DNA of 64,000 bases from Mobula hypostoma (taxonomy: Eukaryota): positions 33,048,001 through 33,112,000 of the forward strand of contig NC_086097.1 in NCBI RefSeq assembly GCF_963921235.1, in the 5' to 3' direction. Below the pieces are notes generated by a model that worked only from the letters and a program-made list of their open reading frames with translations, was not told the DNA's origin and did no database searches. This document shows positions 27,285 to 38,531 of this stretch, piece by piece (the first letter of the stretch is position 1; the number at the start of each line of letters is the position of its first letter). A program made the translations under genes and the position numbers.

Positions 27285-27322
27285 TAGTCCTGACGAAGGG
27301 TCTCGGCCTGAAACGTCGACTG
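27285..27322 (+). ncRNA. Minimal type I hammerhead ribozyme in the PLE pseudo-LTR
   Basis: tagtc-CTGACGA-agggtctcggcct-GAAA-cGTC-gactg. Stem I is tagtc/gactg and stem II is agg/cct. Stem III is reduced to the ACGT palindrome. Predicted cleavage is after C27317. Confidence 0.85.
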
Positions 27323-28989
27323 CACCTCTTCCTATAGATGCTGCCTGGCCTGCTGCGTTCACCAGCAACTTTGATGTATGTTGCTTGAATTTCCAGCATC
27401 TGCAGAATTCCTGTTGTTTATATTCTCTCTTCTAGTAATCTTTAGCAATGGAGTTACAGAGTTAAACAGTATGGAAGCAGGCCCTTTGGCCTGACTCATA
27501 TGTGTTGACTGAGGTGCATGCCTACACTAAATCTCATTTACCTGTACTTGGCTCTTGTCCTTCTGTTTCTTTCCTGCCCATTGTACCTGTCTAAATGCTT
27601 TTTAAACATTGTAATTGTACCTGCCTTTAGCTTCTCATTCCATGTACCCACCACAGAGACATACCACCCAAGTATGTAATTTCCTGACACAGGCAGAGTA
27701 GTAACGGGTTGCCTTTATCAGTCAGGGCATTCAGTACAGGAGTTAGGGAATCATGTTGCAATTGGGGAGACCATGCTGAGTATTATGTATGCCACTGGTT
27801 GCATAGCTGTAGGAGGGATGTCATTAAACTGGAAAGAATGCAGAAAAGATTCACAAGGATGTTCCCAGGACTGGAGGGCTTGAGTTAGAAAGAGAGACTG
27901 AATAGGCTGGGACTTTCCTCCTAGGAGCACAAGAGGCTGAGGAGGACTTTATAGAGGTTTATAAAATCATGAAGGTCTTAGTTAAGATGGATGGTCACAG
28001 TTTTTCACCAGGGGAGGGAGAATCTAAAACAAAAGGGCCTAGAGTTAAAGTGAGGCATAGATTTAAAATAGACCTGAGGGGCAACTTTTTCCACACACAG
28101 ATGAAGGATATATGGAACAAGCTTCCAAATTAAATCTTTCCCCTGTATCTTCTAGTCTTAGACCCCACCCTTGGAAAAACATAAAACACAGGAAGTACAA
28201 CACAGTACAGGACCTTTAGCCAAGTTGTCATGCCAATCTATTAACCTACTCCACGATCAATCTAATCTTTCCCTCCTATGTAGCCCAAAACCCTTCTGAC
28301 TATAGTGGACATAAGTAGTGTAGACTGACCATCTGCACTATCTATGCCCTCACAGCATGAAAAACTTCAGTGAGGTCACCCCTCAGCCACCTTCACTCAA
28401 GCAGGACAGATGTAGTACATATATTGGTAATTCCTGTCCCTCAGACTCTGCTTGACCCACCGTGTGCCTCCAGCAGATTGTTACTCCAGATTCCAGCAGC
28501 TGCAATCTCTGGTGCCTCCAACATCCTGCTGAATCTGTGTTGCACTTTCTAGTGGTACTATAGCTTTCGCATAGTGTGGTGACTAGAACTGTAAAGGATA
28601 TTTTAAGTGTGGCATAACTGATGCCTTGTACCATGGAGAGCATTCTAACACACTGCAACACCATCTGGTATGGGGTGGTGGCGGCACGGCACAATTCTTC
28701 TCTTCCTTCCTCCGTCCAACCTAGCACTTGAAATTTTTTCTGTCTCTTTGTGTCTTGTATTTTTGACTTTAGATATGTCATTTTTGAAAATTGTGCAAGG
28801 TATTTGTTTTAATTAATTTTCAGGATCTGGGGATTACTGGCAAAGCTACCATTTCTTGTACATGCCTTACAGCCCTTAAAAACACAGTGCTGGTTCACTG
28901 TCATCACAACAATCCCTCTGGTGAAGATGTTCCCACATTGCTTTTTGGGTGACCTTAATATTGGAATGTGGCTGATAATATCCTCACTT

Positions 28990-29097
28990 GGTTCAGAATC
29001 AGGTTTAATATCACTGACATATGTCGTGAAATTTGTTGTCTTCAAGGCAGCGGTACAATTCAATACATAATAGCGAAAGAAACTGTGAATGACTGTA

Positions 29098-29150
<53 letters not shown>

Positions 29151-30760
29151 TAGTTAAATTAAAAAGTAGTACAAAATAAAAAAAATTAAAAGTAGTAAGG
29201 TAGGGTTCTTGGGTTCATTCGGAAATCAGATGGCAGAGTGGAAGAAGCTGATCCTGGATCATTGAGTATATGGCTCCTATACCTCCTTCCTAGTGGTAGG
29301 AATGAAAACAGGGCATGACCTGGATGATGGGGGTCCTTAATGATGGACGCCTCCTTTTTGAGGCATCATTCTTTGAAGATGTCCTGGGTACTACGGAGGC
29401 TAGTGCCCATGATGGAGCCGACTAAGTTTACAACTCTCTGCAGCTTGTTTTCATCCTGTGCAGTGCCTCCACCACCCCATACCAGACGGTGTTGTAGTGT
29501 GTTAAAATGCTCTCTGTGGTACATCTGTAGAAAATTGTAAGCGTCTTTGGTGATATACTATATCTTCTCAAATTCCTATACAGCCTTCTTTGAAGCTGCA
29601 TTGATATGTTTGGCCCAGAATTGATCCTCAGAGATGTTGACACCCAGGAACTTGAAATTGCTCACTGTTTCCACTTCTAATCCCTCTTTGAGGACTGGTG
29701 TGTGCTCCCTCAACTTACCCTTTCTGAAGTCCACAATCAGTTCTTTGGTCTTGCTGACATTGAGTACAAAGTTGTTGCTGTGACACCACTCAAATAGCTG
29801 ATATATCTTGCTCCTATATGCTCTCCTGCCACCATCTGAAATTCTGCCAATGATAATTGTGTCATCAGCAAATTTATAGATGGCATTTGAGCTGTGCCTA
29901 GTCTCACAGTCATGAGTACAGAGAGGGGAGAGCAGTGGGCTAAGCACATATCCCTGAAGTGCACCGGTATTCATTGCGAGTGAGGCGGAGATGTTGTTTC
30001 CAATCCATACAGTTTGTGGTCTTCTAGTTAGGAAGTCGAGGATCCAGGTGTAGAGGGAGGTACAGTGACCCTGGTTTTGGAGCTTTTTGATCAGAACTGT
30101 AGGAATGCTTGTTGTAAACGCTTAGCATCCTGACATAGATATTGCCCAGGTGGTCCAAGGTCGCTGAAAAGCCAATGAACTTTTTACTGTTGGACTTCGG
30201 CCATGTTCCACCGAGATACAACACTGGGCGGCACGGGAGGTTGTTCCTGCCTGTGGCCATCGAACTTGCAGCTCCTCCTGTGGAGGGTCAGACACCCTGA
30301 GCCAATAGGCTAGTCCTGGACGTATTTTCCATCTGACATAGTTTGCATTTTGTTGTTTGATTGTTTGTGGTTTTTGTATTGCTATATTTATGCTCTATTC
30401 TTGGTGGTGCGGCTGTAATGAAACCCAATTTCCCTCGGGATCAATAAGGTATATCTATCTATCTATCTATGAGATTACATTCGCTGTAGTTCTATTGTGG
30501 CGCTAGTCCCTGCTGAGACAGGAGTTGATTCTAGCCATAACCAATCTCTCAAAGCACTTCATAACTGTAGGTGATGAGTGCTACTGGACGATAGTCATTA
30601 GGCAGCTCACCCTGCTCTTCTTGGGCACTGATATGATTGTTGCCCTCTTGAAGCAGGTGGGAACTTTCGACAGTAGCAATGACAGATTGAAAATGTTTTT
30701 GAACACACCCACCAGTTGGTTGGTACAGGTTTGCAGAGCTCTACCGGGTACTCCATTGGG
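28990..30760 (-). mobile_element. Rex1/Babar LINE RT and 3' region, with a nested plus-strand Rex-type 3' end (about 30190-30470) and a (TA)n tract
   Basis: TGALQGYVLSPLL, IYKFADDT, NVSKTKELIVDFRK and FKRATIISVPKK. The nested tail ends gggatcaataaggta(tcta)n. Confidence 0.88.
29106..29146. repeat. (TA)n microsatellite, about 20 units
   Basis: Directly visible in the sequence. Confidence 0.97.
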
Positions 30761-32944
30761 GTCTTTTCCCATTTATCACAATAGTCACAAAATCGTACAG
30801 CAGAGAAATAGGCCCTTTGGCCAACCACGACTTTGTGGACCGACAGACACCACTTCCTCTGGCAGTTCGTTGTAGGCACCTACCACTGTTTTTTTTAAAC
30901 CTTGCTTTGTAAATCTCCCTAAACATTTCCCTACTCATCTTAAAGCTGTGCTGTCTAGTTTTTGACATTTCCAGCCTGGGGAAAACACCCTTATCTATTT
31001 GATTTATGTCCCTCGTAATTTAATCTATTAACTTCTATCAGATCACCCCTCAGCTTCCAGTGTTCCAGATTAACTCTCCTTACAGCTAATAACCCTCTAA
31101 TCCAGACAACATTCAGGTGATCTTTTTCTGCACCTTCTCCAAAGTCTCCACATCCGTCATGTAATCAGCTGACCAGAACTGCACACAATACTGCAAGTGA
31201 GGCCTGCTTGTCGTTTTATAAATCTATATGACTTCCTGACTTTAATTCTCAACATCCCGACCAATGCATTTATCTGCTTGTATTGCTACTTTCAGGGAAC
31301 TATAGATTCTCAACCCAAAGCATTCAAACTCCCCACAGACAACACCTGAGGTGAGGTTCAAGGGAGAAGCAACAGGATTAACCACTGTGCCATCACAGTT
31401 TTCTTCTCTGGGCTCTGTAGTTGGGCACGGTACGGGAGCTAAGGCAGGGTTACACCATAGTCTCAGAGCATCATTGTTACTGTGGTACTATAGTGTGGCT
31501 TCTAGCTGGTCTGCTTGTTCTCCATAGTGAAATGTGCACCCCAACCCTGCTGTCGTCATAGCACTGCATTACTTTGTCCAGTATGCCATTTCTCCCAGTA
31601 TTCCACCCACACTCTGCTCAGTGTGAACTAACATGGTGCAGTTGTTTTACAAGGGCATTATGAAAGACCCCAGTGGAACACCAATGCTTCTTTAATAAGT
31701 TAATTGTAAGCAGTAAGCCTTTGGGGAAATGGAAGGGAGAATCAGGGCATTCAAATTCACGGCTTTAGGTTACTGCTAATTTAGTTTATTCATGAAGTGC
31801 AAATTATTACAATCTGACTTTAATGAACAAACTATGTAGAGACCCCCAGCCTGAAGAAAAAGGCCCACAGGTACCTCACCAGGCTAGAATGTTTTATCTG
31901 CTGACACTGTCTATGTAGAGTGGTTGCCTGCCTGGCTCCTAAGGGAGCAGGCAACAGTGCTTTGTTCGCCCCTGCATTGCTTCTCAGCACGACCTTTTAC
32001 AGTGTCTTTAGCCAGGCTCCCTGAAGCCGCCTCTTACAGCAAACAGCTCCCTTCTCACTGCCAGCTCAGCCAGCTGAAAGCCTTTTTTTTGGAAAGCTTC
32101 CTTCTTCAACTTGAGTTTGGCGCCAGAGAGGCCCAGACCACACTGAGCTGGATCCAGGCTTGGGAAGAGGCGGAACAATAACCCTCTTATCCTGACCCAT
32201 TTCCTAAAAACAAACACAATCACGCTTTCTCTCTCTTTCCTCATCATTAAACAGCTCACCCTCCTCTGCTACTTAACTACTGGCCTTAAGTGTACCAGTG
32301 CCACCACATGCAAACCTTTACAGATGCACATTAACCCCTTCACACCAAATCTAGTGAAGCTCCTTTTTATGTTCACTCTTTAGCTGTGGGCATCACTGGC
32401 AATAATCTCTTGTGGCTTTGATATAACCAAAAGGCTTTGCTGGGCCATGTCAGAGGGTAATTACGGGTCGGCCTTGAGTGTGAGACATATCACACTGGCC
32501 CAGACCAGGGAAGGCAATGTGATAAAGAAGGCTAAACTTTATCTTACGTACATCAAAACATCTAGTGAAATGTGTTGTTAGCATCAAATAAGATCGGTGA
32601 GGATGTGCTGAGGGCAGTCCGTAGGTATCACCTTGCTTCTGGCACCAACATAACATACCCCACAAACAGTAACCCTAACCAACTGTAGAACTTTGAATAT
32701 AAGCACACTTGATGGGTTTTTACAGTTCAATAACTAAACTTTTACTGATGCTGTTTGTTTCCAAACATGTTATAAAATCTGAATTCATATGGTTGGATCT
32801 GAACTCAGATTCCCTTGTTTACAACTACAATATCAAAGGCACTCTTCTACCAAATCTATCAAACACACAACCAACCTTGAAGCATTCCCTGCACTGTCTA
32901 TTCCTCAATGGGAGTATTGCCACTGCTGGGAAAGGAGGTGGAGT

Positions 32945-33505
32945 GAAGATTTCCTGGTGGCCACCCATTTTATTCAACTTTTAAATCCCATTCCAACATG
33001 TTGGTCCATGGCCTCCTCTGCTGCTGTAACGAGGCCACTCTCAGACTGGAGGAGCAACATCTCATATTCTGACTGGGTAGGTTCCATCCTGACGGCATGA
33101 ACATTGACTACCAACTTCCATAATTTCTCCCCCCCCCCCCCCGCCATCTCCTTCTCTCTTTTCCCATTCCCTATTCTGGGTCCCCTTTTACCCCTTCTCT
33201 TCTCACCAGCTCATCACCTCTTTTAGTTCCCATTCTCCCTCCCTTTCTTCCATGGTCCATTGTCCTCTCCGATCAGATTCTTCCTTCTTCAGCCCTTGAC
33301 CTCTTCCACGTACCAGGTCCTTCACCTGGTCTCATCTGCCCAATGCCAGCTTGTATTCCTTCTCATCCCTCTACCTTCTTGATCTGGCATCTACCCCCTT
33401 CCCTGCTAGTCCTGATGAAGGATCCCAGCTCAAAATTTTGACTTCTTCGATCTGTCGATGCTACCTAACCTCCTGAGTTCTTCCAGCATTTTTAGTATGT
33501 TGCTT
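32945..33505 (+). mobile_element. Degraded PLE 3' fragment (end of GIY-YIG, 3' region, decayed HHR)
   Basis: Contains gtggccacccattt...gaggagcaacatctcatattc...ggcatgaacattgac, homologous to the PLE ORF end. tagtcctgatgaagg is near 33407. Confidence 0.85.
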
Positions 33506-33529
33506 TGGGATAAGAATGCAGGTTCAAGA

Positions 33530-33616
33530 GTCCTGCTGAAGGGTTTTGGCCCAAAACATTGATTGTACTCTTTTCCATAGATGCTGCCTGAGTTCCTCCA
33601 GCACTTTGTGTGTGTT
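33530..33616 (+). mobile_element. 87-bp HHR-only PLE derivative
   Basis: Starts at gtcctgctgaaggg. Flanked by ga(a/g)tgc(a/g)ggttcaaga direct repeats at 33514-33529 and 33617-33632. Confidence 0.8.
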
Positions 33617-34693
33617 GAGTGCGGGTTCAAGACACTTCACCACACAATCCAGATACTGTGGTGCAGTGTTGAGTGTCATCCTGTGTTGACAAAGGTGTCA
33701 AAGATCAGGTGACTGTTAAAGGCATCACTCAAGTATCTGGGATTTGCTGTTGTTTATCCTTTGACCAAAGCAGATCATTGCTCATTTATCTAAGCATTAT
33801 CTATGGGATTGTTGGCAGTGGGGATAAGCCAAGTAATTCCAAGCCTGTGTATCCAATGTCAGTGGTAGGGAAGAAATTCTGAGGAAGAAGATTAATCTTA
33901 ATGGAAAAGTAAGGATTAATCAGATGGTTAGAGTGGCGTTGTTGAAGGGAAATCCTTTTTGAGCAAATTGATTGAATATTTCAGTGAGGTGACAAAGTGG
34001 AGAGGGTGCAGAGGTGATTAATCAACAAGCTGCTCCGCATGAAACTTCTCTGTTATAAGGAGAAACCGGATTAACTGGATTTGTTTTCCTTGGAGTAGAG
34101 GAGGCTGAGGGTGGACCTGATGGAGATTTCGGAAACTTTCTGCCGTAGTGGAGGTCATAAAAATCATGTCATAGGTATCTAAAGCTAGCAGACATAATGA
34201 TAGGGCAAGGATTAGGTGGTTTAGAAATGAGGTGCAGAAGTATTCTTTCTCCCAGAAAGTAGCTGGAATCTAAGAAGTATCTAGGTGAGCATGTGAAATG
34301 ACAAGGCAGAGAAGGCAGCAGGCGAAGTGCTGGTAAATGGGATTAATATAAGTAGCTGTTGGATGGTGGGTTGAAAGACCTGTTTCCATTCTCTGTGACT
34401 CGATCGTGTACGTAGATGGCTGGCATTAGAAGATTCGTATTTTATGAAGTAGCTATGAAGCCCAAGATCCTAAATGTTTTATTGACCATGTTCCCTCAAC
34501 ATTCGACAGCTTCAAAGATTTATGTAGGTTTGCACCCTCTGGCAGCATATTCTATGCACCTAGCACTCTCTGTGTAAAACAAAACCTACCTCTGACGTCC
34601 GTCCTATAATATTCTCCAATCACTTTAAAATTATGCCCGCTGCTATTAGCCATTTCCACTCTTGGAAAAAAGTCTCTGCCTCTACTCAGTCTA

Positions 34694-36296
34694 TAGAGCC
34701 TATGAAAAATATTCACCCCTTTGGAAGTTTTCATGTTTTATTGTTTTACAATATTGAATAACAGTGGATTTAATTTGGCTTTTTTGATTGTTCAACAGAA
34801 AAAGACTTTTGTGTCAAAGTGAAAACAGATCTCTATAAAGTTATCTAAATTAATGACAAATATAAAACAAAAAGTAATCGATTACTTAAGTATTCACCCC
34901 CCCCCCCCTTTAATATGACACACCAAGTCATCACTGGTACAGCCAATTGGTTTTAGAAGTCACATAATTAGTTAACTGGAGATCTATTTTTGGAGACCCG
35001 TGTGCAGTTAAGGTGCTTCAAATGATTGTAGTAAAAATACACCTGTATCTGGAAGGTCCAACTGCTGGTGAGTCAGTATCCTGGCAAAAACTACACCATG
35101 AAGACAAAAAAAGACTCCAAGCAACTCCGCAAAAAGTTTGTTGAAAAGCACGTCAGGAGATGGATACAAGGAAATTTGCAAGTCACTGAATATCCCTTGG
35201 AGAACAGTTAAGTCAATCATTAAGAAATGGAGAGAATATGGTACAGCTGTAAATCTGCCTAGTGCAGGCCGTCCTCAAAAACTGAATGACTGTGTAAGAA
35301 GGTGACTAGTGAGGGAGGCCACCGAAAGACCTATGACAACTCTGGAAGAGTTGCAAGCTTCAGTGGCTGAGATGAGAGAGACTGCGCATACAGCAACGAT
35401 TGACTAGGTGCTTCACCAGTCGTAACTTTATGGGAGACTAGCAAAGAGAAAGCCACTGTTGAAAATGAAATCTCAGCTAGAGTTTGCTAGAAGGCATGTG
35501 GGAGACTCTGAAGTCAGCTGGAAGAAGGTTCCATAGTCTGATGAAACCAAAATTGAGCTTTTTGGCCATCAGACTAAATACTATATTTGGCATAAGACAA
35601 ACAGTTCACATAATCTCAAACGTACCTTCCCTACCATGAAGCATGGTAGTGGCTGTATCATTTTGTGGGGATGCTTCACTGCAGTTGGCCCTGGAAGGCT
35701 TGTGAAGGTAGAGGGTAAAGTGAATGCAGCAAAATACAGAAAAATCCTGGAGGAAAACCTGATGCAGTCCGCAAGAGATTTTGGAGATTTGTTTTCCATA
35801 AGGATAATGACTCTAAGGTTAAAGCCAAATGTACAGGGATGGCTTAAAAACAACAAAGTTAATGTCCTGGAGTGGCCAAGTCAGAGTTCAGACCTCAATC
35901 CAATTGAGAATTTGTGGCTGGACTTGAAAGGGGCTGTTCACTCAGGATCCCCATGCAATCTGACAGAGCTTGAGCTGTTTTGTAAAGAAGAATAGGGAAA
36001 AATTGCAGTGTCCGGATGTGCAAAGCTGATGGAGGCATATCCATACAGACTCAAGGCTGTAATTGCTACTAAAGGTATATCTAGTAAGTACTAACTTGAA
36101 GTGGGTGAATACTTATGCAATCAATAATTTTGTGTTTATATTTGTAATTAATTTAGATCAGTTTGTAGAGATTTGTATTCACTTTGACAGATCAGAGACT
36201 TTTCCTGTTGATCTGTGTCAAAAAAGCCAAATTAAATCCACCGATTCAATGTTGTAAAACATAAAGGGTGGGGCTGAATACTTTTTATAGGCACTG
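34694..36296 (+). mobile_element. Tc1-family DNA transposon, Passport-like, IR/DR-type ends, decayed transposase
   Basis: TA at 34692-34693 and 36297-36298. The left end tagagcctatgaaaaatattcacccc is the inverse of the right end ggggctgaatactttttataggcactg. Inner repeats aagtattcacccc (about 34888) and gggtgaatactt (about 36103). Transposase starts MKTK at 35098 and includes SDETKIELFG, KHGSGCIILWGCF and WPSQSSDLNPIENLW, with stops and frameshifts. Confidence 0.92.
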
Positions 36297-38531
36297 TATC
36301 CCTCTTATCATTTTGTACACTTTAATCAAATCACCTTTTATCCTCCTTCACTGAAGAGAAAAGCAAGTTAAAAAGCTCAGTGGATGCTTGGAATGTGCTG
36401 CCTGGGTGGAGGAGGCAAATATGTTATGCATGCTCAAGAGGCTGTTAGGTAGGCATATGAAGATGCAGAAAATGGAAGGATATGGGCATTGCGTGGGCAG
36501 AAAGGATTTGTTTAGTTTGGTGTTTGATTTTATTTGGTTCAGCACAACATTGTGGGCTGAAGGTCCTGATCCTGTTCTGTCCAGCCAGCTTGTCTGTTGT
36601 CTTGTGCATCGTAGTATAAACAGTTCCCAACTACTCAGTGTCATGTAGTCCCCAAGGTGAAAAATCAGGAAAATATAGAGGAAATAAAATCTAAAAATCC
36701 TCTTAGTTGCATTAGTCTGCGAAGCCATATTGAAACTGACTTATTAAAGGATTAAAATTTTAAGATTTTACAATAATACCTGAAGCAACATCCCTAAAGA
36801 CCTAGTTAAAATGTTTTTATCTTATATATTTTATGAGAACTATTTGTTTTCCTTCAAGAATGTATCTTTTTGAAAAGGATATCATGTGTAGGTTCCTAAT
36901 CAATGACCTGTTTGTGGACATGTACTGTAATAGATTACACAAGCCAGTGATAAGACCAGATAACTTAGGGGAGAAATATCTCTGATTAGTAAAACTTAGG
37001 TGGCAATGGATGACTTTGAACTGTAGGTATTATTTATTGTCATTACCAATTTAGCCGTAATTTATTACGGAAAACAAAAGTTGATGGTTTGCCTAAAGCT
37101 TGCTTAATAACCATAAATACACATATTTTGCTAGACAAAGATAATAACTCAAAAATCACCCTGGAACTGAACCAAAAGTGTAAAGAAATACAAAAAAAAA
37201 ATCCAGCTCTACTCATTTTACAGGGTCACTACTTTACAACAGTGACTGCAGTTCAAAAATATTTCATTTTCTGTAAAGAGCTTTAAGGTCATGGAAAGAA
37301 CTGCAGTAACGTGAACTCTTTTTCAACAAGCGTCCTCAGCCATAACACAGCTCATCTCTCCCTTGTAGTTTAAGTGCAGGAGCTGGCAGCTTCCACCAGA
37401 GTTCTGAGCCGGATGATCTCATTCTGGAGACAATGGTGAGGTTGATGCAATTGGTCCCAGCTGGGCTGAAATCTGAGAAATGATTAGCAGGTGTTCCCAT
37501 TGCGTTGTGGCTCTCTGTGCATTGTTGAAAGGTATATCTGCTGGCAAGTTTGAGAATATAATTGAGCTTGATTAAGCTGAGTTACTGAGCCTGACCAGGT
37601 TGGATCATTCCCTTCCAGGCTAATATCCCCTGCATAGAAGCTTGAATCACACTCAGATGTATGCCATAGGTAGGCTCCATCAAAATAGGCATCCAGTTCC
37701 AAATTCCATCACAGCCATTGATTACCGGAGAAAATAAGAGTATTACCAAAGCCTTCATGAAATTATGAACATCCTCACCAATTCATAGGTTTCTCTGATT
37801 CAGATTGATTTATTTATCATGTGTATACTGGATTTATTCAGTTCACCTATACACCTGCTTCTTAATGCCAAAATCTAATCAGTCAATCATGCTGCACAAC
37901 TCAATACATAAAACCATGCAGACATGGTCAAGAGGTTCTGTTTTTTATATCAAACATCAGAATTGGGAAGAAGTATGATCCAAATGACTTTGACCATGAA
38001 ATGGCACAGAGCTTAGGTCAGTGGTGCAGAAGGGAAAGAGAGAGAAGAGGGGAGAGGTAGTGATAAGGGGACTCAGTAGTCAGGGGAACAGACAGGAGAT
38101 TCTGTGGATGTGACCGGGACACCCCAGTAGTATGTTGCCTCCCAGGTACCAAGGTCAGGGATGTCTTGGATCATGTCCACAACATCTTGGAGAGAAAGAG
38201 AGAGGCAGATCATCCAGATGTCTTGGTACATATTGGTACCAATGAGACAGGAAGGAAAAGCAAAGAGATCCTGAAGAGAGAATTTAGAGAGCTAGGCAGA
38301 AAGCTGAGAAGTAGGATCTCCTGGGTAGTAATTTCTGGATTGATGCCTGTGCCAGGCGCTGGTGAGGGTAGAAACAGGATGATTTAGCAAATTAATGCGT
38401 GGCTCAGTAGCTGGTGCAGGGGGCAGGGCTTCAGTTCTTGGATCACTGGGATTTTTTCTGGGGAAGATGTGACCTGTTCAGAATTCCTGTTGTTTGCGTT
38501 TAAATTCACTACTGCGAAGCCTCTTCCGGTG

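Larger units (their letters stand above)
24531..27417 (+). mobile_element. Penelope-like retroelement (Neptune-type), copy 1; 5'-truncated, young
   Basis: Flanked by a 14-bp TSD ttatattctctctt (24517-24530 and 27418-27431). Contains an uninterrupted RT/GIY-YIG frame, a pyrimidine-rich 3' region and a hammerhead motif. Confidence 0.95.

Noticed and set aside
26787..27368. 193-aa antisense ORF over the PLE 3' end (130-aa version at 41569-41961)
   Set aside because: It is low-complexity and G/R/E-rich, a product of the C/T skew. The frame is not preserved between the two near-identical copies.
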